Below are positions 17,911-27,956 of a DNA stretch of 57,006 bases, piece by piece. This DNA comes from Actinomycetota bacterium (GTDB lineage Bacteria > Actinomycetota > Actinomycetes > S36-B12): positions 1-57,006 of the forward strand of contig JAFMCH010000005.1 in assembly GCA_017857875.1 (NCBI GenBank), given 5' to 3'. Both the position numbers and the translations under genes were made by a program. Numbering within the stretch: position 1 is the first letter of the stretch; the number at the start of each line of letters is the position of its first letter. The notes under the pieces were generated by a model that was given only the letters and a program-made list of their open reading frames with translations, searched no databases and was not told where the DNA came from.

Positions 17911-20900
17911 TCACAGGTACACGAACTCCGCGTCCACCTGTCCCACCTCAACGCCGGTCAGTGATGCCCAAGCCAGGCGGTAAATCTCTAGCTGAGCCGG
18001 ATCGGCCGAACCGACATGGCCGGTCTTCCAATCCACCACCACATCGCGATCACCACGACGAAACACCGCGTCAATGCGTCCCTTGACCTGTCTTCCCTGC
18101 CACATCAAGACGAAAGGTTGCTCCACGGCAATCGGTGCGCTGTGGGCAAACTCTGTGTCAGCCAATGCCTGTTGAATCGCCGCAAGATCCCATGCCTCAT
18201 CGATGCCTTCATCAGCAGCGCCGGGCAGGTCATCGACATCGAACAATCGCGTGGATCGATAGTGCTGCTCGATCATGGCGTGTATGCGTGAGCCGCGGTG
18301 TGCTGCTGCACTAGGTGCCGAAGGCATCGGACGATCCAACTGCGCCAGGGTGTCCTGGGGGTTTCGAGTAAACCGGTTCAGTTCCGTCACCGACACCTGC
18401 GCTGGCAGAGCGCTCAACGTCGACCGCCCGCCGTCGGTCAACTGCGCCAGCAGCCGCTGGGCCTCATCGGTGAGCGCAGCTGCCCTCGTCTGGGCCAACT
18501 GTTCGCGCACAGCGTCAGCGGCGACTTGATGCGCGCGATGTTGGGGCGATGACATGAGCCAAGGCGCGCCCGCGCGCGCAGCTTGCTGGATTGGATTAAC
18601 GGCACCATCCGCCGGGGGTTGTGCCCAAGCAACGATCTCGTGTCCAGCCCCGATGCACCAATCGCGCACCTCCATTAAGTACGGACCTGGTCCTCGATAC
18701 TCCTTGGCGGTTGCCGACCAACCCGATCCAGTCAATGTCACCGAGCGTTGAGCCCTCGTAACTCCTACATAGAGCAAGCGCCGCTCTTCAATCTCATCGT
18801 GTGCGTGACTGGCCGCGATGAAATCGTCGTGGTCCTTCTTTCGAGGCTCTTGCCTTGGCTCGAGACACAGTCGAGGAAAATCGCGCAGTTCCAACGGTGC
18901 ATCCGGCCGTAGCCCCCATGGCACTACCTCTGCGGTAGTCGGCCACGTCTGTCTATGTTTCCCGCTGGGAAACTCAGCCGCACGCAGACCGGCTATGAAC
19001 ACATGCGGCGCCTCAAGGCCTTTGGCCCCGTGCACGGTCATCAGGCGCACAACATCGTCGCCGGAGTCACTATCGAGATCGGGTCCACCTTCACGCCGAT
19101 AGGCAGTTTCGGTGTATGCCAGAAATGCCGGCACACTGACGCGCCCATCGAGATCACTGAACCCACCCGCGAGTTCCATCAGCGTGTATACGGAACGCGT
19201 ATTTTCTGCAACGACACTCAATGATCCGATCAGGGCTTCGGTCCCTAGTCCGGTTCGAGTCAACACACGCTGCAACAGGTCACGCGGAGCCTCTGCGTGA
19301 TGGTTGCGCAGGTACTTGATCTCGCGCGCTAGTGCGCCGAGACGCTCCCGCGCTTGGGCACTGAGCGACTGCGCAACAGGATCGTCCAAACCATCGGCTA
19401 CCTGAATGCACGCATCGGACAGACTGAGGCGCTCGTGGGCATCTTGCCCGTACACGCTCGCGGCTAAGCGCTCGGATAGATCAGGCGTGTGCTGAACTGC
19501 GGCACGTGGCTGTGTGGCCAAGTGTCGAGCGATGCCACCGAGCGCAGCCATATCGCGCAGGCCGATGCGCCAGCGCGGTCCGGTAGCGATACGGGTGAAT
19601 GCGGCATTCGCGGTCGGATCGACCACTACGTGCAGATAAGCGAGAACCTGTTGCACCAGTGGATGTCCTATCAGGGTTCGCGCACCGACGATTTGCGTGG
19701 GTACACCCCCAGCAGTGAGCATCTGATCAATGCAGGCGAGGTGATCGGCTGTTCGGGCCAGCACCAATACGTCGCGCCACGGGCCAGAATATGATGCGAT
19801 CTCCTGAGCTACCCAGGCGTCTTCATCATCTTGGGTGTTCCAGAACCCGGCTCGCACGAATCCTGGGCCCACATCTTCAGCCGCACAGGTGAGTGGACCC
19901 ACCCCCCGATGAATCGACCGCAACGGCTCGGCCAGTGAATTGGCCAGGTCAAGAATTGCTGCTGCGCTGCGGCGATTATCGGTCAGTGGGTATGTGTCGG
20001 CCGGTCGTTTTTCCTGAGCTTCGGATACTTGTGGAAAATGCTCGGCAAAACGATCGATGTTGTCCACGCTCGCACCCCGCCATCCGTAGATAGCCTGGCA
20101 AGGATCACCTACGGCGGTAACGGGATGGCCGTGCGCGAATAGTTCTTGGAGAAGCAGCCGCTGGGCAATAGAGGTGTCTTGGTACTCATCAAGAAGCACG
20201 AGACCATAGGTAGACCGCAGGGTTTGGGCTACGACCGGGAATTGTCGAACAAGCGACAAACTGAGTCGCAGTTGGTCGGCGAAGTCGACGACGTTGCGGT
20301 GAAATTTCGCCTGCCGAAACTCATCTACAACATCGGCCAGGATGATGCGCTGCCCGGTGCGCTCGATCATCTGCTGACCGATTGACTGCAGCCGCTTGAT
20401 GTCATTCAGGGCCTGAAGTTGTCCGAGAAGTGCAGAAGCATCCGACCGAAGGAGCTCGGTACTCACATCGAGTTCGGCCAGGGCACCGTCTAGGTCGATG
20501 ACTCGATCGACCATCGTGTCGGGGCCGACGGCGAATGACCCCAGATCAGCCGTTGTGGTCGCCACCACGCGCGAGGCAAGTTGGTAGCGATCGATATCTG
20601 ACAGGACGACAGACTTAGATTCGATACCGAGTCGCACTCCATATTCGGCGATGATGCGGCTGGCAAAGGCGTGATAGGTCGACACAGACACCGCGTCAAC
20701 GAAGCCCGGGTCTGGACCTGCACCGGCCGCGTCCAACACCCCTTCTTTGTTGGCCGTGGATAGGTATCCACGGATGCGTTCGGCCAATTCGGCCGCGGCC
20801 TTATTGGTGAACGTCAATCCTAAAATCTCATCGGCACGCAACTGACCGGTCATCACCGCCCAGACAACACGCGCCGACATCACCGCGGTCTTGCCCGATC

Positions 20901-21054
20901 CGGCACCGGCAACGATGCTCGCCGGTCGCAACGGAGCGCTCAGCGCAGCCCACTGTGGCTCACTAGGTGTGAAACCCAGCGCGAGCGACATGTGCTCACG
21001 GGCGTTCAATGACGCGGGGGCAACTGGCGACCGCGAGCGCGACGGTTCGGTCAT
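17911..21054 (-). CDS. adnB: Helicase-nuclease AdnB
   Basis: AGAGSGKT, LDEYQD, VGDPCQAIYGWRGA, TVHGAKGLE; RecB-type nuclease GRIDAVF..VDWKTG..QLEIY; ATG 21054 overlaps adnA stop. Confidence 0.88.
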   Translation of the reverse strand: MTEPSRSRSPVAPASLNAREHMSLALGFTPSEPQWAALSAPLRPASIVAGAGSGKTAVMSARVVWAVMTGQLRADEILGLTFTNKAAAELAERIRGYLSTANKEGVLDAAGAGPDPGFVDAVSVSTYHAFASRIIAEYGVRLGIESKSVVLSDIDRYQLASRVVATTTADLGSFAVGPDTMVDRVIDLDGALAELDVSTELLRSDASALLGQLQALNDIKRLQSIGQQMIERTGQRIILADVVDEFRQAKFHRNVVDFADQLRLSLSLVRQFPVVAQTLRSTYGLVLLDEYQDTSIAQRLLLQELFAHGHPVTAVGDPCQAIYGWRGASVDNIDRFAEHFPQVSEAQEKRPADTYPLTDNRRSAAAILDLANSLAEPLRSIHRGVGPLTCAAEDVGPGFVRAGFWNTQDDEDAWVAQEIASYSGPWRDVLVLARTADHLACIDQMLTAGGVPTQIVGARTLIGHPLVQQVLAYLHVVVDPTANAAFTRIATGPRWRIGLRDMAALGGIARHLATQPRAAVQHTPDLSERLAASVYGQDAHERLSLSDACIQVADGLDDPVAQSLSAQARERLGALAREIKYLRNHHAEAPRDLLQRVLTRTGLGTEALIGSLSVVAENTRSVYTLMELAGGFSDLDGRVSVPAFLAYTETAYRREGGPDLDSDSGDDVVRLMTVHGAKGLEAPHVFIAGLRAAEFPSGKHRQTWPTTAEVVPWGLRPDAPLELRDFPRLCLEPRQEPRKKDHDDFIAASHAHDEIEERRLLYVGVTRAQRSVTLTGSGWSATAKEYRGPGPYLMEVRDWCIGAGHEIVAWAQPPADGAVNPIQQAARAGAPWLMSSPQHRAHQVAADAVREQLAQTRAAALTDEAQRLLAQLTDGGRSTLSALPAQVSVTELNRFTRNPQDTLAQLDRPMPSAPSAAAHRGSRIHAMIEQHYRSTRLFDVDDLPGAADEGIDEAWDLAAIQQALADTEFAHSAPIAVEQPFVLMWQGRQVKGRIDAVFRRGDRDVVVDWKTGHVGSADPAQLEIYRLAWASLTGVEVGQVDAEFVYL

Positions 21055-24000
21055 GTCAACACTTGTCCCTTCGACTGAGCGGGGCACATGCGGGCGAAGT
21101 CACAGGACGAACAGTGGCCGCCTGGCCGCGCGGTGAAGTTCTCATTGCGAATCACCCGAACAGCATCACTCAGTGACTCGAGCAGAAAGCCAGGGTCGCT
21201 GTGCTGGGTCAGCGGTGGCTGACTGACCTGCTTGGGCGATGGGTCATTTTTCCCGGAGTCGACGCTGAGATGGACAAGCGATGCACCCGCCGAAGACGAG
21301 GCCTCGCTATCGGCGCCTAGTTCTTCGGTCAGGGCCCCGGTCAAGACAGCGGCCTGATAAAGCCCCAGTTGTAGATGTTCGTGCACGGCCTGTCCGGTAA
21401 GAGCCTTGGCGGAGGTCTTGAAATCAACGATGTGCCAGGCACCATCTGGTGAAATCTCCAGGCGGTCGATTCGCCCATTGACCGCCAACTGGTCAGATTG
21501 ATACTCCGTCGAAGCGCGATCTTCGCCCGACTGCCCCACCACACCGGTTGAGACCATCGCAGCGAGAACGTCCAGGTCGATCGTTGCGCGGATGGCTACC
21601 TCGCTATGACTGAGCGTGTCGGCGTTTTCACGGTGGTAGTAGCCCAAACGCTCCAGGGCTTCACGAACGCTACGACGCTTTGCGATGGAGTACCACGGCA
21701 CACTGATGCCAAGGTGGGGCCATACATCATCAAGCCAGGCATCCATGGCGGCCATGTCCGGGGCGACTTCGCCTCGGGCCAGCGCCTCAGCCAGTACGTG
21801 CACCAGCTGGCCGATCGGTGCCGCGGTGGTCACCGGCTCGCTAGCACGAGCGTGGCGATCGAGAAACCAGCGCAACGGACAGGTAGTCAGGCTTTCAAGA
21901 CCCGAGGCGCTCATCCGAACGGGGGCATCGGGTGCATTGATCGGCGCGAGTCCCTGGCTCACCGGGAGCACGTGCCACCAGTTGTCCGGGTGAGCGGCTG
22001 GCACCAGCAGGCGTCCGGTGTCATCGGTCTGTCGGGCTAGCGCGGCGAGTTGCTCAGCGGCATGCGTGCGCTCATCGCTGGCGACGTCATCATCAATCAG
22101 GGTGGAGCGAAGTTGCGCAACTAGACCGGCCATGGTGCGCGGGCGTGGTGGGTGAGTGGGCCGGTCATCGGTTGTGATGTCCATATCTGCGATGAAACGG
22201 CTGGGCCGTTCGCCACCGGATGCTCCCGCATCGACGGTTGCCACTACCGTCGTTTCACGAGCGCGAGTGAGCGCCATCACCATCAAGCGACGCTCCGCCT
22301 CAAGTGCCTCGCCTCGTTGGCTTGGTAGGTCGCGAACGGCGGTTGGATCAAGAAGGTCATCGACACCGAGTAGGCCCGAAGACATGGAGAGGTCCGGCCA
22401 GCGGCCTTCGAGCGCATCGAGCACGAACACGGTGTGCCACTGCTGCCCGCGTGCCTGGTGGGCCGTCATGATCGACACGCCCTCAGCGCGCCTACCTCGC
22501 CGCGCGCCGATGGACTCGGCCGCGATGCGCTGACCCTCGATTGCGGTGATGAAGGACAAAGTGCCCACCACCCCGCTGTTGCGCTCGGTCAATCGTGCTG
22601 CCGTGGCAAACAGCGCGACAATCGCATCAAGATCATGATCACTGGCCCGGTGCCCGGATTGGGCCGCGCGGTACAGGCGTTGTGGCCACGCCACGCCATC
22701 ACTGTTGGCAACGGCGTTATTCCATAGGTGCCATAACACCTCAACCGGGCTCGCACCTTGTAGCACCAGCGCTCGCGCAGCGCCTAAGGTTTCGCCCACC
22801 TGGCGCAACTGTCGGGCCGCGGGCAGGTCGTCGAGGCCAGCGGGTAAGCCTGTGGATTCTCCCTCAATCAGCCCGATCAACGCCGTCCGCTGCAGCGCGT
22901 TGAAGGCAGCCGGGACATGGTCGGGCTCGGCCGCGCGCAATTGCTCACGCCAGGCTCGGGCCAGTTGCCGCTGCGTTGCCGGATCGGTAGCCCCGAAGGG
23001 TCCGGACACCAGGTCGGCCACCTGCGTCTCGGTGAGTTGGTCGGGAGCCACCGCGGCCCGCAGTGCTGCCAGAAGTTGAGCCACCGCTGGCTCCATCGGC
23101 AGGGGGAGGTCATCGGCCACTGCGATGACCGGGATATCTCGCGACTCCAGCACACGTCGGGCTTGGGCGATACTGGCTGTGCGTCGGGTAATGATGGCGA
23201 TCTGCGACCACGGAACACCCTGATCGATGTGACAGGCGCGGATATCTTCGGCCACGTGGGCCAACAGGTCGCTCTCGTGTGCATAAGCCCGGACAACCAA
23301 ATCGCTGTCGAGACCCTCGACATCGCGCGCAGCCGGTGCGCGAAGTTGCTGGAGATATCGAGCCGGCAGACCCGGGGAAGAGGCTGTACGCAGAAGCCGG
23401 CGAACCGCGGTTTGTAGGTGAGTGCCACCTCGGTACACCTGCGGCGCAACAACAATATGCTCGTCGAGATCATCAGCCCGAAAACGCTGATCAATGAAGT
23501 CCGCGATAACACGCACATCGGATCCACGAAAAGCCAGAATCTGCTTGGCCGGATCTGCGACGACGACGAAAGTGGTAGTGGCGCCGACAACGGCGTCAAG
23601 CAAACGACCCTGCAACAGGTCAAGGTCCTGGTAGTCATCGACGTACACGGCCTGATAGCGCTGATGCAAAATCGACCGCACCTCATCGCGGCGAGCGATT
23701 GACTCTGCCAATTCGATCAGACCGGAGTAGTCAACGACGTTTTCCAGACTCGCCGTTTGACGTTCGATCTCCGCCAGCCGCTGAAGTGCGCGCAGTAGTT
23801 GTTGTTCGGTAGGTGCCAATCTGTCGCCCACATGGACAGGCTGCTCACGGTCACCCGCAATGCGATAGCTGCTGAGAAATCGTCGGACCTCATTGGCAAA
23901 TCCCACCGTCGACAGGGCGGCTGTGAACTCACTCGGCCAGATCACCGACCGGTCGTCGACCGAACCGAGGATCAGGTCACGGATGCGTAGATCCTCCTCA

Positions 24001-24401
24001 GCACCAGACAGCAGACGGACTTGCGCTTCCCCTTCATCACGCTCATCCACCGACCCGAAGTCACGCACGATGGTGAGCGCGAGGCCGTGTGGACTGGTGA
24101 TCACCGGGAGGACCCCGGTTTCCAGGAATGAACCCACCGTGGCTCGCAACCGCGCCAGAGCCGACCGCCCGGTGGTGAGTGCTAGCACCTGCGCGGGCCC
24201 ATAGCGGCGCACCGAATCGGTTATTGCCGCGGCTAAGGCCGTCGTGGTTCCGGTGCCGGGGGCTCCCAGATACAGCAGTGGCCCACCGCTGTGATCAATG
24301 ACCTGTCGCTGGGCGGCATCCCAAGGGCCCGCCCGTACGTGGGCATCCGGGCTGGTCATCACAGGGGATATTCCAGCACGCCGCTCCGACATCGGCATCA
24401 A
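21051..24401 (-). CDS. adnA: Helicase-nuclease AdnA (degenerate motor motifs)
   Basis: UvrD-like N-terminus with GAPGTGTTT and VDDYQD; nuclease GRIDRLE..VDFKT..QLGLY; Fe-S cysteines CPLRW...CSSCDFARMCP; tandem with adnB; start approximate. Confidence 0.85.
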   Translation of the reverse strand: MMPMSERRAGISPVMTSPDAHVRAGPWDAAQRQVIDHSGGPLLYLGAPGTGTTTALAAAITDSVRRYGPAQVLALTTGRSALARLRATVGSFLETGVLPVITSPHGLALTIVRDFGSVDERDEGEAQVRLLSGAEEDLRIRDLILGSVDDRSVIWPSEFTAALSTVGFANEVRRFLSSYRIAGDREQPVHVGDRLAPTEQQLLRALQRLAEIERQTASLENVVDYSGLIELAESIARRDEVRSILHQRYQAVYVDDYQDLDLLQGRLLDAVVGATTTFVVVADPAKQILAFRGSDVRVIADFIDQRFRADDLDEHIVVAPQVYRGGTHLQTAVRRLLRTASSPGLPARYLQQLRAPAARDVEGLDSDLVVRAYAHESDLLAHVAEDIRACHIDQGVPWSQIAIITRRTASIAQARRVLESRDIPVIAVADDLPLPMEPAVAQLLAALRAAVAPDQLTETQVADLVSGPFGATDPATQRQLARAWREQLRAAEPDHVPAAFNALQRTALIGLIEGESTGLPAGLDDLPAARQLRQVGETLGAARALVLQGASPVEVLWHLWNNAVANSDGVAWPQRLYRAAQSGHRASDHDLDAIVALFATAARLTERNSGVVGTLSFITAIEGQRIAAESIGARRGRRAEGVSIMTAHQARGQQWHTVFVLDALEGRWPDLSMSSGLLGVDDLLDPTAVRDLPSQRGEALEAERRLMVMALTRARETTVVATVDAGASGGERPSRFIADMDITTDDRPTHPPRPRTMAGLVAQLRSTLIDDDVASDERTHAAEQLAALARQTDDTGRLLVPAAHPDNWWHVLPVSQGLAPINAPDAPVRMSASGLESLTTCPLRWFLDRHARASEPVTTAAPIGQLVHVLAEALARGEVAPDMAAMDAWLDDVWPHLGISVPWYSIAKRRSVREALERLGYYHRENADTLSHSEVAIRATIDLDVLAAMVSTGVVGQSGEDRASTEYQSDQLAVNGRIDRLEISPDGAWHIVDFKTSAKALTGQAVHEHLQLGLYQAAVLTGALTEELGADSEASSSAGASLVHLSVDSGKNDPSPKQVSQPPLTQHSDPGFLLESLSDAVRVIRNENFTARPGGHCSSCDFARMCPAQSKGQVLT

Positions 24402-24420
24402 TGTCTGCGACGATCATCAG

Positions 24421-26898
24421 GTGAAAGAGCACGCGACGGAATCGGAGGCGGCGAGTAATGCCGTCGATGACCCCGACTACGTGACTGTCACGTTGCCCCG
24501 CACACCCCCTGCTGATTCGACCGATGAGTCGGGGTCACATCCAACAATCGTCATCGAAGACGGGGTCATTCCTCGCCGCCTTCGCCGCCCCCTGGATCTG
24601 GCCCGCTTCAGCCTGGCGCTGGTGTTGACCGCCGGAGTCATCGCACTGGCCTACTTTGCCACCGGAACGACCGAGGGCATCGAAGAGGACATCATTGCGG
24701 GAACCAACCGTCTCCCCTCCATCATCGTGCTCGGCCTCAATGTGGTCGCTGGCCTGGGGTTGGTCGGCCTGCCCGTGGCCGCAGCGGTCAACCTGGTGAT
24801 TCGCCGACGTGTTCGACAACTCTTCGATGCCCTGGTGGGCCTGCTGATCACCGTTGTGGTCTTGACCGGCTTCAACTACTTCATCGTGGAATTCGCATCC
24901 AACCGACTCGCCTCGGCACTCACCGGCTCCTCTACCGGTCAGGTGTCTGCCACGGCACCGGTGATTGCGGGCCTAGTCACCTTTGTCACGGTCGCTCGAT
25001 TACTCAGCCGCCGACCCTGGAACGCGCTGAGCGTTCTGGTCATCGCATCACTATTAACCGTTGCCTTGGTCAGCGGCACTACCGCCGTACCGGGTCTGGC
25101 CATCACGGTATTCGCCGGCTGGATGTTTGGCCTCCTGGCTCGCTATGCGTTGGGCACACCAACGACCCGACCTTCGGGTGTGCAGGTCGCCGAAGCGATG
25201 GCTCGCGGTGACCTTCCGTTAACGATGCTGAGGGCGTCTCGCAACACCGCGATCGGCCGTCGATACCGGGCCACCACCCGCGTGGGACATGCCCTGGAAG
25301 TTGTTGTGTTCGACCGTGATCTAGAAGGAGCCGGGTTAGCCCGCTCCGCGTGGCGTGCCCTTCGCCTACGCGAGGAGAGCGCTGACTCCAGTTTCAATAT
25401 GCGCCGCTCGCTCGACCATGCCGCACTGATGGCCTACGCCACCGAGGCTGCCGGCGTGGCCGTGCCACGACTGCTGCTCGCCAGTGAGGTCGGCGCAGAT
25501 TCGACCCTGCTGGCCTATGAGTACATCGTCGGAAACCGGTTCGCCGATCTGGACAATGCTGACATCACCGACGACGATCTTCGCTCTGCTTGGACCTCGG
25601 TGCGCACCCTGCATGACAAACAAATGGCACACCGGGCTCTCACCGCCGACAACCTGCTGCGCGATCTAGAAGGCAAAGTGTGGGTGCTGGGTGAGTCACG
25701 CGGCACCGTGGCTGCCAGCGACGTTACTCAACGCATCGACATCGCCGAGTTACTCTGCACACTCGCGATGATCGTCGGGCCCGACCGAGCAGTTCGCACC
25801 GGACGCCAAGTCCTCGGCGTCAGCGCCCTAGCCCGGGCACTGCCTGTCTTGCAGCCGGTTGCACTATCGCGCACGACCCGCAAGGCGATGCGTAAGCGTC
25901 GCGATCTGATGGTTCAGTTGCGCGACGCTCTGGTCGAGATCCGACCCGATGGGGATGTTGAACAAATTCGCCTCGAGCGCATCAAGCCGCGCACCTTGAT
26001 CATGATCATTGTCGGCGGTATTGCCGCGTATGTGTTGCTCACGCAGCTCGCGCAGGTCGACCTCGTCACGCTTGTCTCTACGGCATCCATCACCTGGGTG
26101 GTCATTGGATTTCTCGCAGCCATCGCTACATACCCGGCGGCTGCCTGGTCCCTGAGTGGTTTTGTGCCCGAGCGGCTTGCCCTCAATCGTACGGTTCTGG
26201 CGCAGGTAGCCGGCGACTTCGCGACCCTGGTGTCACCCCCCACGCTGGGCGCCATTGCGATTAACCTGCGCTATCTCACCAAAGCCGGCCTCCACCCGGC
26301 GCTTGCCACAGCCAGCGTGGGCGTGTCACAGGTTGCCGCGTTTGCTGTGCATATTTTGCTACTCACCGGCTTTGCCATTGCTGCTGGAACACAGGCAGAT
26401 TTCACTTTTGATCCACCACCCTGGGCGGTGATTGCTGCGATCAGCGTCGCGCTGCTCATCATTATTGCGTTCGCGATTCCCTGGGTTCGACGCACCGTCT
26501 TCGGCCGAATCCGCCCATTGCTTCGCGAGGTCATCCCGCGCCTCATCACCGTGGCGCAGCGGCCCACAAAACTACTCGAAGGTATCGGCGGCATCCTGCT
26601 GCTCAATCTTGGCTACATCATCACGTTGATCGCGTGTGTTCGCGCCTTCGATGGTGATCTGAATGTGGCTGCAATCGCCGTGGTGTACCTGGCCGGGGCC
26701 ACGATCGGTCAGGCCGCACCCACTCCCGGTGGTCTTGGCGCGGTCGAGGCCGCACTGGCAGCCGGCCTCACCGCGGCCGGTCTGCCCGGTGGTATCGCGG
26801 TATCAAGCGTCCTGCTATTCCGCTTGATCACCTTCTGGATTCCGACGATTCCGGGTTATTTCGCGTTCAATTGGCTAACGAAGAAGGGCGCGCTGTAA
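24421..26898 (+). CDS. Lysylphosphatidylglycerol-synthase TM (flippase-like, UPF0104) protein with kinase-like middle domain
   Basis: RRLRRPLDL N-terminus, AHRAL kinase-like motif, C-terminal PTPGGLGAVE..VLLFRLITFWIP. Confidence 0.85.
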   Translation: MKEHATESEAASNAVDDPDYVTVTLPRTPPADSTDESGSHPTIVIEDGVIPRRLRRPLDLARFSLALVLTAGVIALAYFATGTTEGIEEDIIAGTNRLPSIIVLGLNVVAGLGLVGLPVAAAVNLVIRRRVRQLFDALVGLLITVVVLTGFNYFIVEFASNRLASALTGSSTGQVSATAPVIAGLVTFVTVARLLSRRPWNALSVLVIASLLTVALVSGTTAVPGLAITVFAGWMFGLLARYALGTPTTRPSGVQVAEAMARGDLPLTMLRASRNTAIGRRYRATTRVGHALEVVVFDRDLEGAGLARSAWRALRLREESADSSFNMRRSLDHAALMAYATEAAGVAVPRLLLASEVGADSTLLAYEYIVGNRFADLDNADITDDDLRSAWTSVRTLHDKQMAHRALTADNLLRDLEGKVWVLGESRGTVAASDVTQRIDIAELLCTLAMIVGPDRAVRTGRQVLGVSALARALPVLQPVALSRTTRKAMRKRRDLMVQLRDALVEIRPDGDVEQIRLERIKPRTLIMIIVGGIAAYVLLTQLAQVDLVTLVSTASITWVVIGFLAAIATYPAAAWSLSGFVPERLALNRTVLAQVAGDFATLVSPPTLGAIAINLRYLTKAGLHPALATASVGVSQVAAFAVHILLLTGFAIAAGTQADFTFDPPPWAVIAAISVALLIIIAFAIPWVRRTVFGRIRPLLREVIPRLITVAQRPTKLLEGIGGILLLNLGYIITLIACVRAFDGDLNVAAIAVVYLAGATIGQAAPTPGGLGAVEAALAAGLTAAGLPGGIAVSSVLLFRLITFWIPTIPGYFAFNWLTKKGAL

Positions 26899-26942
26899 TC
26901 GCGCATACTGCCAATTGACATGGTCGTTGGTACCTTCGCCCC

Positions 26943-27143
26943 ATGAGTGAAAACACAGAGGTCACGATCACCCCGCTGGTCGACGGACCACTTGAAGTCA
27001 AGGGACTGTCACGGGTCACCGATTGCAGCGGAAATATCATCGAAGAATCCCAGCGCGCGTATCTGTGTCGATGCGGCGCATCAAACAAGAAGCCATTTTG
27101 CGATGGATCCCACAAACGCGTCGGCTTCACCGCTAGCGACTAA
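26943..27143 (+). CDS. CDGSH iron-sulfur domain protein
   Basis: DGPL..LCRCGASNKKPFCDGSH. Confidence 0.95.
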   Translation: MSENTEVTITPLVDGPLEVKGLSRVTDCSGNIIEESQRAYLCRCGASNKKPFCDGSHKRVGFTASD

Positions 27144-27153
27144 TTCAAGCCGA

Positions 27154-27894
27154 TCACAATAAAGTGAGCACCACGGTGATTACTGGTGCGATCACCAGTG
27201 CGGGCAGCAGATCGCCAACGGCGATGGTGCTGATGCGCAGCAGACGCAAACCGATCCCGATGATCAACACTCCACCCGTGGCGGTTATGGCTGATACGGC
27301 AGAGGCCGCAACAACCGCGCCCAAAAACACGCCCAAAATCGTCAGGGTGCCCTGAACGATGCCCACCGCGATCGCCGACAGCGCCACCCCCCAACCCAGG
27401 CTCGCGGCGAACGCTATCGAAGCCACACCATCGAGGGTTGACTTCAGTGCGAGTTGTTCGATGCCTTCACCGAGGCCATCACTGAGTGCGCCCAAGATTG
27501 CCAACGGCCCGATGCAGAAAAGAAGTGACGCATCGACAAAACCTTCAATGAATCGGCGGCGGGCTTCGGTGCCAGACGATCGTGAGAATCTCGTCTGCAG
27601 CCACCCACCGATCCCCTCGAGCCGCTGTTCAATACGAAGCAACGAACCGATCACGCCGCCGATTACGACAGAGGCAAGCACGATCAAAATGGGGGCCGAT
27701 GAACCCACATCGTCAATCCACTCGGCATCAAACAGCGCCGCGACGTTCAAAGCGGCGACCACGAGCACAACGAGACCCAAGGCCTGGGAAATGAGGTCGC
27801 GGGTGCGGTCGGGCAATCGGGAACCGGCAATAACCCCGATGCCCGAGCCAATGACAATGGCCGCCATGTTCAACAACGTTCCGGCTCCGGGCAC
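27154..27894 (-). CDS. DUF554 membrane protein
   Basis: GTLLN..G, ASLLFCIGPLAILGAL.DG, KSTLDG, FAASLGWGV motifs. Confidence 0.92.
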   Translation of the reverse strand: MPGAGTLLNMAAIVIGSGIGVIAGSRLPDRTRDLISQALGLVVLVVAALNVAALFDAEWIDDVGSSAPILIVLASVVIGGVIGSLLRIEQRLEGIGGWLQTRFSRSSGTEARRRFIEGFVDASLLFCIGPLAILGALSDGLGEGIEQLALKSTLDGVASIAFAASLGWGVALSAIAVGIVQGTLTILGVFLGAVVAASAVSAITATGGVLIIGIGLRLLRISTIAVGDLLPALVIAPVITVVLTLL

Positions 27895-27956
27895 CGGCGC
27901 AGTCTAGCCAGCCACGTGGTCGCTAGCCGGGCGAACCGGGTCGGCTCGTCCTTGGG

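Noticed and set aside
17850-17913. Premature stop or readthrough at the adnB end (FVYL-TGA)
   Set aside because: All nuclease motifs precede the stop and the in-frame continuation does not look conserved; a short C-terminus is simpler
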